This document shows positions 38,653-47,780 of a stretch of 64,000 nucleotides of DNA, in pieces. The stretch lies in the IMG/VR virus record IMGVR_UViG_3300005290_000006, positions 1 through 64,000 of that record. One strand, given 5' to 3'. The DNA is from an uncultured virus (IMG/VR IMGVR_UViG_3300005290_000006). Lineage: Duplodnaviria > Heunggongvirae > Uroviricota > Caudoviricetes. The first letter of the stretch is position 1. Each line of letters begins with the position of its first letter. The notes beneath the pieces are model-generated. The model saw only the letters and a list, made by a program, of their open reading frames with translations, had not been told where the DNA came from and ran no database searches. The position numbers and the translations under genes were made by a program.

Positions 38653-41600
38653 ATGGCTGATTTTGTCAAGGCGGAGGAACCCAATGCTGAAGGGTACGCC
38701 AAGATACTTGAGTTTGCCAAGAAATTGCAGGTTTATCTGGGAGCTCAAAACCTCCCTAAGCGGTTGACCGACGACCGACTTAACCGTGTTGATTACGAAG
38801 CCCGTACCGAAGACGAGACCTTAATGGCTCACTTCGAGGAAGACAGTCTGTTCAGTATCAAGACCGTGCGGTTCCTCAAAGACTTCTACCGTTACAAAGC
38901 CGCCCCCGATTTGAAGACTCAGAACACCAGTTTCATTCGTACCGCTGAGATCTTCCGGCAGCAAGGGATTAAGAACTACTACTTCCTGCTGCAATTGAAC
39001 AACAAGCTTTTGCAAGGTGTGGATCCGTACGCGGAGGACCTCACCAACGAACAGAGGCTGATGATTGCCGAAGAGTGTCGTACAAACTTCTGGTACTTCC
39101 TCCGGGAGGTCTGCCGGTTAAAGCCTGATCAGAACTTCATGGCCAACCGGGGTAACATCAGCTTCATCTGGAATTACCTGAATCATGTGACGACTTACAT
39201 GATCATGCCGAGGCAGCAGGGCAAGATGCAGCGTAACTCGAGCAAAGTCCGAGTACTTGTCAGTAAGGATGGGAACCTTACTCCGAAAGATTGTTGGAAG
39301 CGAATTGGAGATCTACGTACCGGTGACACACTGATCGACCGGTTTGGTAATACCACGAATGTGATTGGCGTGCATCCTCAGGGTGTACTGCGTCTGTACC
39401 GGGTGACCATGAGCGACGGTCGTTCGACAGACGTGGGCGCCGAGCACTTGTGGACAGTGAAGGACATGAAACGCGGCACGGCGTCGACCGAAGGGATTTG
39501 GGACGACTACACGACTGCGGATCTTCTGCCTTTACTGAAGAAGAAAGGTAAGTTCCAGATTCCACTGATCGAGGCTGAAGACTGCAAGGCTAACAAGTTT
39601 AGTCTTGATCCGTACCTGATTGGCTGGATGGTTAGTGCCAGTTTGGTGGACGGTGTGCTCGAGGGCACATCCCGTGGTGTGGACCAGGACCTGTACCTGA
39701 AAGCAGTTCTGCCGAATACCCTGGTGTTTGAGGCCGACAAGAAGGTTCGGCGTATTAAACGTCGTGACGGAAAGCCTTTCGAGTTCGATCTGTCTCTAGG
39801 ACTTCCACAGCACTACCTGGAAGGGTCGATAGAAGACCGCTCAAAGCTCTTACAAGCGTTTTTCGATACACACCTAGCCGTAGGGAAGGTTTTGCGTTAC
39901 AAGGCGCCTAACGCGATCATGGCGGGCCAAGTGGCTTACCTGGTGCGTGGCCTGGGTGGTACGGCACGGATTGATCTGCAAGACGTGGAGGTTACCCTCC
40001 CTGACGAGATCAAGTACTTCCGTTTCCGTGAAGAGGCTCGGGTCATTAACGTGAAGAATGAACTCTTCATCGAGAAGATCGAATTCTGCGGGGATGATGA
40101 AGCCACCTGTATCGAAGTGGACAACGAGGAGCACCTGTACATCACGGATGACTTCATCGTGACTCACAACACGGTGTCGGTGCAGGTGATTAACTTCTGG
40201 TTGACCTACATCAACGGACGAGGGTACAAGTCTCACCTCATTACGTTGAAGTCGGATAACCGGGCTCAGTTCATTGACGCCATCAAGAAGATCCGTACAT
40301 GTATGCCTCCCTACTTGGTTAACCCCACGTGGCGAGATAAGGACTCGGGTAACTACCTCAACTACAAGGCCTTTGGTGATGAGTATGTCAACACACTCAA
40401 CATTAACGTTCCTCAGATGGGTCGTGACGCAGCAGGTGACTTGGGACGGGGTCTTACCGTTGAGACCACCACCTACGACGAACCGGCGTACATCAGCTTC
40501 ATCGAAGAGATCATCAACGGCTGTGCTCCGTCTGCACTGACCGCGATGGCCAACGCCAGGAAACAGGGTAAGCCGTACGGGATCAGTTTCATTACGACCC
40601 CTAACACGACGTTGCACCCAAGTGGCGAGTTCATGTTCGAGAAGTTGATGTCCTCGACTGAATGGCGTGAGAAGTTCTTCGACTCGTACAGCGAGAGCCA
40701 TCTGCGTGAACGTCTGCTTCGTGCGTCTCCGAAGACCACCACCAGCCCCTCGATTGCCATGGTCTACAACTACATGCAATTGGGCAAGGACAAGGACTGG
40801 GTCAAGGAAACGATCGACTTGCTCAACCTCAGCCTTGCTAAGGCCAAGATCGACTTGCTTCTCATGTGGGTGGAGGATGGTGAGAACCGTCTCTTCGATG
40901 ACATCACGCGGGAAGCGATCAACGGCTGTAAGCGGGAAGTGATCTGGAGCAAGGAGTACAAGGACAGTGGTCTCTTCATGGACTTCTTCTGCACCCAGCA
41001 AGAACTCATTGCCATGGGCAAGAAGGAATACAACGACTACTTCCTGATCGGTGTGGATACGTCCTCGGCTATCAACAAGGACGCCTGTACCATCATCATT
41101 CGAAGCATGCGTACCGGTAAGGTGGTTGGGGTGGGTCGTTATCCATTGGCGTTCCTGGATGACGTGACGGCGATTATCGTGGACTTGTTGCAGGTACTGA
41201 ACAACAGTCTGTTGGTGATTGAACGGAACTACGCTCACCACATGATCGACAACCTGCTGATCATGCTGCCAGCCAAAGGCATGGATCCATTCACTCGTAT
41301 CTTCAACCAGGTCTACCAGGACACGGTTCAGTACGAGAAAGAGTACAAGGAAGTACAAGCCACGAAGTTTGCGTATCGTTACAAAGACTTCTACCTGAAA
41401 TACAAACAGTACTTCGGGTTCAACACCACCTCCAGATCGCGTGAGATCCTTTACGGGCTGATTCAGGAAGCGGTGGGCATGACGGCCTATGGTCTGAACT
41501 ACGACAAGCTAGCGGACGAGCTGATCAACCTGCGGACTAAGGGCGATCGGATTGACCACGATGCGAAGCGTCACGATGACTTGGTAATTGGTTGGCTGTT

Positions 41601-41955
41601 GACGTACTGGTTCATCAAGTTGGGGGCGAACAAGTCTCTGTACGGTATCCAAGCGGGCATTGCCTTAACGGACACCAAGAACTTGCTGAACGAGGGCGGG
41701 TCACGGAAAGGTCCAGAGATGGAGCCTCATGTGGTTCAGTTCATGGACAAGATCAAGTCGAAAGTAGAAGGGTTGACGAAAGAACTCCTGGACACCAACG
41801 ACAACATCCTGGCCATGCGTCTGGAAGCCGAGATTCGGAAGCTCAGCAAAGTGTTGCCGCCTGAACAGTCTCGTCTGATGACCGTCGATAGCTTGTTGGA
41901 GCAAGCGAAGTTCGAACGCAGTAAACGCATCCTGCAATTGAAACGCGCAGCCTAA
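38653..41955 (+). CDS. terL: Terminase large subunit (phiKZ gp25-like) interrupted by an intein; about 785 aa after splicing
   Basis: Walker A PRQQGK/T split by the intein; Walker B TTYDEP; ITTPN; nuclease motifs IGVDTS and HDDLVIGWLL. Confidence 0.92.
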   Translation: MADFVKAEEPNAEGYAKILEFAKKLQVYLGAQNLPKRLTDDRLNRVDYEARTEDETLMAHFEEDSLFSIKTVRFLKDFYRYKAAPDLKTQNTSFIRTAEIFRQQGIKNYYFLLQLNNKLLQGVDPYAEDLTNEQRLMIAEECRTNFWYFLREVCRLKPDQNFMANRGNISFIWNYLNHVTTYMIMPRQQGKMQRNSSKVRVLVSKDGNLTPKDCWKRIGDLRTGDTLIDRFGNTTNVIGVHPQGVLRLYRVTMSDGRSTDVGAEHLWTVKDMKRGTASTEGIWDDYTTADLLPLLKKKGKFQIPLIEAEDCKANKFSLDPYLIGWMVSASLVDGVLEGTSRGVDQDLYLKAVLPNTLVFEADKKVRRIKRRDGKPFEFDLSLGLPQHYLEGSIEDRSKLLQAFFDTHLAVGKVLRYKAPNAIMAGQVAYLVRGLGGTARIDLQDVEVTLPDEIKYFRFREEARVINVKNELFIEKIEFCGDDEATCIEVDNEEHLYITDDFIVTHNTVSVQVINFWLTYINGRGYKSHLITLKSDNRAQFIDAIKKIRTCMPPYLVNPTWRDKDSGNYLNYKAFGDEYVNTLNINVPQMGRDAAGDLGRGLTVETTTYDEPAYISFIEEIINGCAPSALTAMANARKQGKPYGISFITTPNTTLHPSGEFMFEKLMSSTEWREKFFDSYSESHLRERLLRASPKTTTSPSIAMVYNYMQLGKDKDWVKETIDLLNLSLAKAKIDLLLMWVEDGENRLFDDITREAINGCKREVIWSKEYKDSGLFMDFFCTQQELIAMGKKEYNDYFLIGVDTSSAINKDACTIIIRSMRTGKVVGVGRYPLAFLDDVTAIIVDLLQVLNNSLLVIERNYAHHMIDNLLIMLPAKGMDPFTRIFNQVYQDTVQYEKEYKEVQATKFAYRYKDFYLKYKQYFGFNTTSRSREILYGLIQEAVGMTAYGLNYDKLADELINLRTKGDRIDHDAKRHDDLVIGWLLTYWFIKLGANKSLYGIQAGIALTDTKNLLNEGGSRKGPEMEPHVVQFMDKIKSKVEGLTKELLDTNDNILAMRLEAEIRKLSKVLPPEQSRLMTVDSLLEQAKFERSKRILQLKRAA
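39226..40170 (+). mobile_element. Intein (class-3-type, 315 aa) with a degenerate LAGLIDADG homing endonuclease
   Basis: Inserted between K and T of the P-loop; starts with Met; block B AEHLWTV, block F ATCIEVD, block G FIVTHN/T. Confidence 0.9.
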
Positions 41956-41959
41956 GCGG

Positions 41960-42013
41960 ACATAACCCCCTTACCCTGTCCCCGTAATGGAGGCAGGGTA
42001 AGGGGTATGTTTG
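41960..42013. terminator. Bidirectional terminator
   Basis: ACATAACCCCCTTACCCTGTC / GGCAGGGTAAGGGGTATGT between convergent genes. Confidence 0.8.
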
Positions 42014-42015
42014 CA

Positions 42016-42291
42016 TCAATGCGAAACCAAGAACGGAACCATGTCAGACCAACGAGAGCCTTTCCACTTCCCGACCAACTCACCCCCATTACGCGCTTTA
42101 TCAAAAGCACCACGCGCAATGTTTGGATCGAGATAGAAGCGATAGTTCTCATTGCTGAAATCAATCACATCGGGATGGGGAACCTGACTGGTAAGCGGAA
42201 CAATCAACCAGGCGGGTGTAGGGTTCATCGGTACTTCTAGCAATGCAAGGCCGTTGTCACGCTCGATAGTTTTAAGAGTGGTTAGGCTCAT
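42016..42291 (-). CDS. Hypothetical protein, 91 aa
   Basis: AAGGA SD; last gene of a minus-strand operon. Confidence 0.65.
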   Translation of the reverse strand: MSLTTLKTIERDNGLALLEVPMNPTPAWLIVPLTSQVPHPDVIDFSNENYRFYLDPNIARGAFDKARNGGELVGKWKGSRWSDMVPFLVSH

Positions 42292-42300
42292 ACGGATTCC

Positions 42301-42843
42301 TTAAGGGAACATTGCGCTGATCTTGCTCATGCAACCGTGGCTTGGGTCGTAGTTAACCAACTTCAAGCCTGCCATGCTGGCCGCCAAACGACCGACTCGC
42401 TTGTAGTACCCGCGGCTGGTGTTCGGAGAAGCCATGCGATCCTTCACGTAGATCGAACCCAGAGGGTAGGCGTGTCCGCCGATGCTTTGCAGCAACTCCT
42501 GGTTCTCTTTGAGGATGTCATGGAACTCCATGGTCCGACAGTAACGCACGTCGTCCAATACCCCACCGATGTAGATCACCTTCTCCCCACGATCAACTGC
42601 CGGAAGGATAACCTGTTTAATCAAAGCCTTGCGTTGTTCCAGGATAATAGACAGCGCCCGTACAGAACGGATGTTGGTTTTCTGGATCTCCGCAAACATC
42701 GCCTGACCACGCTCAGTCTCCGACATGAAGTCCTTAACGATCAGGACTCGACGATCAAAGTTGATGTGGAGCTTGGCTTTGATGTCGTAGGCTGCCGAAG
42801 TAGCGCAATCCAGACTTGAACCGTTGATTAAAACGTACGACAT
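42301..42843 (-). CDS. Thymidylate-kinase-fold protein with degenerate P-loop, 180 aa
   Basis: YVLINGSSLDCATSA and RKALIKQVILPAVDRGEKVIYIG echo the Tmk layout. Confidence 0.55.
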   Translation of the reverse strand: MSYVLINGSSLDCATSAAYDIKAKLHINFDRRVLIVKDFMSETERGQAMFAEIQKTNIRSVRALSIILEQRKALIKQVILPAVDRGEKVIYIGGVLDDVRYCRTMEFHDILKENQELLQSIGGHAYPLGSIYVKDRMASPNTSRGYYKRVGRLAASMAGLKLVNYDPSHGCMSKISAMFP

Positions 42844-42859
42844 GCAGCATTCCTTTTGC

Positions 42860-43531
42860 TCAATGGGTGATGGTCAACTCACTGATGATGCATTCGGACC
42901 CGTCATACGGCAACGTGTTCTCGGTGTAGTCGACCTGGTTGTACACACCGCCGTGGAACTGCAACAACTGATCACGCCAAGACGTGTCCATCCACAGGCT
43001 TTTGCTGATGGTCTCGGTCCCCGGCACCAGAACGTTCACCGAGATGTAACCGGTGTGGGTGACGCCAATGCTGAGCTTGAACCTGGTGCCCAGCGGAACG
43101 TTCGGGTGAAGAACCGAATTAACGATCTCCGGGTTATCGAAGCTGGTGCGGAATCCCAGGGTGATCTTACCCTTGTTCCAGAACACCTTCAGCGGAGGGG
43201 TGGTCGCATCCTTGACGTGGATCTGGCCAATCACCACTTTAAGCGCGGAGTTGACCTTGTTCACCACCATCTCCTGACGACTCCAGTGCTTGGCCGCACT
43301 CGTCATGTACCAGTAATCGTCTTCCTTCCATTCGCAACGGGTGCGCTTGGTGGACTTACTGGAGGCGCCTTTAGTCGGGGCGCTGAGCCACAGCCCGCCG
43401 TCAAGCAACTGACGGATAACCTCGGGGCAACGGACCAAGGCCTCAGGACCAGGAAGTTCCAGGGCTACCGGGTTCGTGTCAGAAACCGGTAGCGGTGTAG
43501 CAATGCGGAGAGAGCTGATATCGACTGTCAT
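42860..43531 (-). CDS. Polysaccharide lyase family 7 (alginate lyase-like), 223 aa
   Basis: RTRCEWKE, VVIGQIH and FHGGVYNQ match the three PL7 conserved regions. Confidence 0.88.
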   Translation of the reverse strand: MTVDISSLRIATPLPVSDTNPVALELPGPEALVRCPEVIRQLLDGGLWLSAPTKGASSKSTKRTRCEWKEDDYWYMTSAAKHWSRQEMVVNKVNSALKVVIGQIHVKDATTPPLKVFWNKGKITLGFRTSFDNPEIVNSVLHPNVPLGTRFKLSIGVTHTGYISVNVLVPGTETISKSLWMDTSWRDQLLQFHGGVYNQVDYTENTLPYDGSECIISELTITH

Positions 43532-43533
43532 GG

Positions 43534-43863
43534 TTAGGCAGCTTGTTCGATGGCTGGTGCAACAACTTTCGGCGCAATGTAGTTCTTCGCCAGGAAGATC
43601 TTCATGTCACCTTCATCACGGCCGTTGAAGTTGGTGGTCAACGTTTCCATGGTGGCGTTGTTCTCGGTCAGCTCACGGAATGCCGAACGGGAGATCACCG
43701 AACTCAGGTAGTAGCGACGCTTGTTGTCAGCCTTACGGATCAGGACATAAGTCATGGTTTCCGAGGCTTCTTTGCCGCTGCCGTGTTGAAGGGCAGTTTT
43801 ACCTGCAACGTACGTCTCGGTCTGAGAAAGTACGACCAAGCCTTCTTCGATAAAACGTTCCAT
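43534..43863 (-). CDS. Hypothetical protein, 109 aa
   Basis: AGGAG SD; operon context. Confidence 0.75.
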   Translation of the reverse strand: MERFIEEGLVVLSQTETYVAGKTALQHGSGKEASETMTYVLIRKADNKRRYYLSSVISRSAFRELTENNATMETLTTNFNGRDEGDMKIFLAKNYIAPKVVAPAIEQAA

Positions 43864-43876
43864 CTACTGCTCCTAT

Positions 43877-45319
43877 CTATTCGTAATGTTCTTTGGAAAG
43901 AATGCGTAACACGAAGTACAGACTCAAGGCGGTCCGCAATACACGGATGTCTTGTGGTGTACGAACCCCTGTCTGTTCTACAACGATCTGATCACCCACG
44001 GAGCGAATGACTTTGACCATGTCGTTCTTACTGCGGGGAGCGCCGTATGCACCACGCAGTTTAACCAGAACGTCGTACACGTTGGTCTTCTTGATACCAT
44101 TGGTGTGGAGGTACTCGAACAAATGCAGGAGTACAGCGTCCACGAATTCCTTGTACTGCGGTTTCTTTGGATTCTTGTACATCAGGGGGAACTGCTGGAT
44201 GATGAAAGCCAGCTTACCCCGTTGCACGTTCTCCAGCACACTGGCGGCGAAGCCAGCCAACTCTTCTTTGTAGAAGCTGGTCTCTTCCGTCAACACACGG
44301 TCGATGTAGAGGCTGTACTGGGTCACTTCCTTGTTCACCGATTTGATGGTCAACTCATCTCCCAAGTTGATCTTGGAACTGTCCACCTTCACGATGTTGG
44401 TTTGGGTCTTGACTTCATGGAACACTTTGTTGATGTCGTTAATCGCCCGACGCAACCGGTTCTGGATATCACCCACCATGTAGACGATAGCTTTGTCGTC
44501 GTCCATGCGCGTGATCGCACCGTTCTTGAAGTGGATCCCTACGGTAGGGCTCAGAATGAACTCAGCCCGAGCCTCGATCAGCGCACGCCAGCTACCGTAC
44601 TGCTTGATGTCGTATTTCAGACTCAAGCGGTTGTAGGTTTCCAGCACCACTTCACGGCGCGCTTGGAACGGGTAGTCGTTGTGGATGATCGACGTCAAGC
44701 ACTTGTAGTGATACATGCACAGGATATCGACCATTGCCTGGTGTTTGGTCTTGGCGTCCAGCTTGCTGTGGTAACAACGGTACAGCAGGTAAGGAACGGT
44801 CAGGTTAAACACGTCGCCCACAACGGACCACTCGGAGTTGATCGCTTTACAAGCGTGCAGGTTCTCCTTGAGTTCCTCTTCGTCCACGTCGAAGATCTCG
44901 CTGAACCATTCATTCCGGTCAGCCGTGGTAAAGGTGATCTTCTGCAACCCCAGGTAAGGGCTACCGAAGAAGTCCATGTAGTCCACCATCCCCACTTTGC
45001 GGGTGATGAAGTTGTACACGTAGCGACGCAGCTTGCCCGCCCACTTCGGGTTGCAGTCCAGATAACCACCGAACTTGTTGCAGACTTCCAGGATGGCGTG
45101 GTTGGATTCAAAATCCACACCAGTAACCAAAGCTTCGGTACCGGTGATTGCTTGAATCTCAGCGGAGTGCAGGGGTTCGAGATAAAGACCTTGTTGAGCC
45201 AGGTAACTGTGCTGGTCCATCCCTTCAAACAAACTGAAGATATTGCTCTCAGCGTTGAACTGAGCTTCTTCACTTTCGTCGTAATGAAAGTCAGAAGGGG
45301 CGTACTGTTCTTTTAACAT
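43877..45319 (-). CDS. Conserved-looking jumbo-phage hypothetical protein, 480 aa
   Basis: Long ORF with typical codon usage; SD present. Confidence 0.75.
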   Translation of the reverse strand: MLKEQYAPSDFHYDESEEAQFNAESNIFSLFEGMDQHSYLAQQGLYLEPLHSAEIQAITGTEALVTGVDFESNHAILEVCNKFGGYLDCNPKWAGKLRRYVYNFITRKVGMVDYMDFFGSPYLGLQKITFTTADRNEWFSEIFDVDEEELKENLHACKAINSEWSVVGDVFNLTVPYLLYRCYHSKLDAKTKHQAMVDILCMYHYKCLTSIIHNDYPFQARREVVLETYNRLSLKYDIKQYGSWRALIEARAEFILSPTVGIHFKNGAITRMDDDKAIVYMVGDIQNRLRRAINDINKVFHEVKTQTNIVKVDSSKINLGDELTIKSVNKEVTQYSLYIDRVLTEETSFYKEELAGFAASVLENVQRGKLAFIIQQFPLMYKNPKKPQYKEFVDAVLLHLFEYLHTNGIKKTNVYDVLVKLRGAYGAPRSKNDMVKVIRSVGDQIVVEQTGVRTPQDIRVLRTALSLYFVLRILSKEHYE

Positions 45320-45329
45320 ACAGGCTTCC

Positions 45330-46175
45330 TTACATGCGGCGAGGCACGCTCATCCGAGTCATGTCTTGAACCAACTGGTTGTCACTCCAGGCCATGCAAC
45401 GAGTCCATTCGTTATCGAAGTACTCTTTGTACTGGGTCCAGGCATCACGGTATTCCATGATGTCGTCTTGGATACCTTGCAGTGGGACACCAGCGCGGAT
45501 AACCGCTTCCTGGGTAGGACGCTTGCACTTACGGTAGACGTAGGCTTTAACAGCCCGCTCAACCAGTTCGGCAAACGTGTTGTAGTGACGTGGGTGAATA
45601 CTGCTCAACCCTTGGTCGTATTCGAGGATGCACTTCGCCGTCATGGAGAAGGTACCCGAGTTCAAACCAAAGATCACAAAGCTGTTGTTACCCGACATGT
45701 GTACGTTGGTGTACGTGTGCGGCATGGAGCGGCTTGGGGTCATGCCATCGATCAAGCCTTGCATCATGTCGCTGATAGCACCTTGCCCACAGTCGGTACC
45801 GTCGTTCATGCCCATGCCGAGCATGCCGGTGGCCGAGGTCATGCTACCGAGGTAGACTTCGTTCACGGAGATAATCTTCCGCCCACCTGTAGCAATGTCC
45901 GGTACGTTAACTTCTACACAACCGTTGCCCTTGTCCATCATCTTCGACCCAGACAGGTCGATGTGTTCAGTCTTACCACCGTTCACGCTACTGGCAGGCA
46001 AGATCTGACGGAAGATGATTTGCTCACGAATACCTTGTTGAATGGTGGTCTGGCCCTGAATGTTGTACCAGTTACCGTTGTAGTTGGCGTTGGGGTTTTC
46101 GAATGCGAGCTTGAGGAGGTAGTCGTCAATATCGCACCCCATCACTCGGTTAATGGCAAAATCTACACAGTTCAT
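45330..46175 (-). CDS. Probable virion structural protein, 281 aa
   Basis: First gene of the minus-strand operon; GGAG SD; function is inferred only. Confidence 0.65.
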   Translation of the reverse strand: MNCVDFAINRVMGCDIDDYLLKLAFENPNANYNGNWYNIQGQTTIQQGIREQIIFRQILPASSVNGGKTEHIDLSGSKMMDKGNGCVEVNVPDIATGGRKIISVNEVYLGSMTSATGMLGMGMNDGTDCGQGAISDMMQGLIDGMTPSRSMPHTYTNVHMSGNNSFVIFGLNSGTFSMTAKCILEYDQGLSSIHPRHYNTFAELVERAVKAYVYRKCKRPTQEAVIRAGVPLQGIQDDIMEYRDAWTQYKEYFDNEWTRCMAWSDNQLVQDMTRMSVPRRM

Positions 46176-46228
46176 TTAGTGATGCTCCCTTCGGGATCTG
46201 AGTGATGCTGTTCATAGCATTTGAGTGT

Positions 46229-46447
46229 TTTCCGATCGAGGGTGTATTGTATACCGAAATGGAAAGCTCTTCACGCAAGTGAGGGGGAGAGTGTGGGTTA
46301 ATTTTGATAGGGTGCGTAATTGTGTCTATGCTCTTGACCTTGTAGCTTAGCTTAAGCTAAGCGTCTTCCTTGTTCCGCTCTTACTCCGCCTCGGAGTAAT
46401 CACTAGGGAAAGAGAAGAGAGCTATACCGTAATCCTGCAAGACAAGA
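46229..46447 (+). ncRNA. Candidate structured intergenic RNA / regulatory element
   Basis: Nested stems with G-U pairs, a GCAA-tetraloop hairpin and an 18-bp perfect palindrome at 46345-46362. Confidence 0.35.
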
Positions 46448-46450
46448 AAG

Positions 46451-46467
46451 ATACAAACCTATATTAC
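46451..46467 (+). promoter_or_regulatory. phiKZ-type early promoter
   Basis: ATACAAACCTATATTAC. Confidence 0.75.
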
Positions 46468-46544
46468 TTGATTGATAACTGGATTCGGTATAGTACTGTT
46501 TCTGACAGTGCTTTGTTTTTATCTGAACAAAAGGGTAATAGGGT

Positions 46545-47285
46545 ATGACAACAATTGTTTACGACGGCAAAACGCTGGCAACCGATTCGCAGGCAACTCA
46601 AGAGTCCGTCGTCATGCTGGCTCAGGCTAAAAAGATTTATGAGCCGGGGCCGGACGAGTACTGGGAGATCATGGGCGTAAAGGTTTTGGCGATGGCGATT
46701 GCTGGCGACCCGGACATGTTGCCCTGGGCCATTGAAGAACTGAACAAAGGGGTAACCCACAAAACTGACTTCGGTACGGCCGAGGTTAACTTCATCAGCA
46801 TCCTGGTGGATGAAACCGGTCTGGGCTGGTTGTGGGGTTGCAGTCGTATGCCAAAGCGTGGGTTGGACAACTACATCATGTCCCCTATCACGGGCGTATT
46901 GTCGGCGGGCAGTGGGCAGACTCTCGCCAACGCACTGCTCAGTGTCGGACTGACTGCGCCTGACGTTATCGAGAAGGTTTCTAAGCTGGACATCTTTACC
47001 GGGGGCGATGTACAGACCTGGGAGTTTCCTGGTAAGCCGGCTGTTCCGAGCAAGCGACCTGCCGCGTTGCCGACAACCTTGGGTCCAAAACCCCTGAGCC
47101 CCGAGCAATTAGACCAAGTGGTCAGCGCTATTCAGAAGAAGGACCGGGAACAGAATCCTCCTCCGACTGATGAACAGCGGGCTGAGATCGTTGCCAAGGC
47201 AACGGAAAAGGTGCTGGGTGAAATGGGTAAAGCTCTTGTCGAACCCACCACTAAACCTACCAAGAAGAAGGCTGCCAATGCTTAA
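46545..47285 (+). CDS. HslV / proteasome-beta-like Ntn-hydrolase with Pro-rich C-terminal extension
   Basis: MTTIVYDGKTLATDSQAT (N-terminal Thr), KKI, SAGSG and DIFTGG motifs. Confidence 0.8.
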   Translation: MTTIVYDGKTLATDSQATQESVVMLAQAKKIYEPGPDEYWEIMGVKVLAMAIAGDPDMLPWAIEELNKGVTHKTDFGTAEVNFISILVDETGLGWLWGCSRMPKRGLDNYIMSPITGVLSAGSGQTLANALLSVGLTAPDVIEKVSKLDIFTGGDVQTWEFPGKPAVPSKRPAALPTTLGPKPLSPEQLDQVVSAIQKKDREQNPPPTDEQRAEIVAKATEKVLGEMGKALVEPTTKPTKKKAANA

Positions 47286-47553
47286 TCGGCTCAGTCGTAA
47301 ACGTATGACCATTGTTGTGGGTAAACGTAAGCCTACTATCGCTGAAGAAGTTGACAGCATGGTGGTGATCAGTGTGGAGAAGACTGACAATCCGATCTAC
47401 ACCGAAGTACGCATGCCCAAACCTCGAACAACTGAGGGCAATCACTTTCAGTACGAGCTCATGCGTGGGCAGACTCTCCCGGTGTATACCTTCGAAGAGT
47501 CTCCTATCCAACCCGTACCTGATCCCAATACTGATTGGTCAGATCTCGACTAA
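47278..47553 (+). CDS. Hypothetical protein, 91 aa
   Basis: ATG overlaps the stop region of the previous gene. Confidence 0.65.
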   Translation: MLNRLSRKRMTIVVGKRKPTIAEEVDSMVVISVEKTDNPIYTEVRMPKPRTTEGNHFQYELMRGQTLPVYTFEESPIQPVPDPNTDWSDLD

Positions 47554-47735
47554 ATAGGCATTCAGTACTATGTTATGTTTCACTCGTAACGTTGCCCTGA
47601 AGAAGCCCGTTAGTCGTACTGTGCTGTGTGCGCAAGTTCCGCGGTAAGGTTTGGGGTGCTACCTGCCGTAATAGTCGAGGTGTTCCCCCAGTTTGTCGCC
47701 CTCGATTAGTTGTTGATAACCCCACCTGCTCATCG

Positions 47736-47780
47736 CCCTTATCCTCCTGGCTTCGGTTGGGCGGATAAGGGTTATGTTTG
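47736..47780 (+). terminator. Intrinsic terminator
   Basis: CCCTTATCC..TTCG..GGATAAGGG followed by TTATGTTTG. Confidence 0.8.

Noticed and set aside
43877..45319. 480-aa protein as the nvRNAP sigma-like subunit (gp68)
   Set aside because: Similar size only; wrong genomic position and no motifs I could match.
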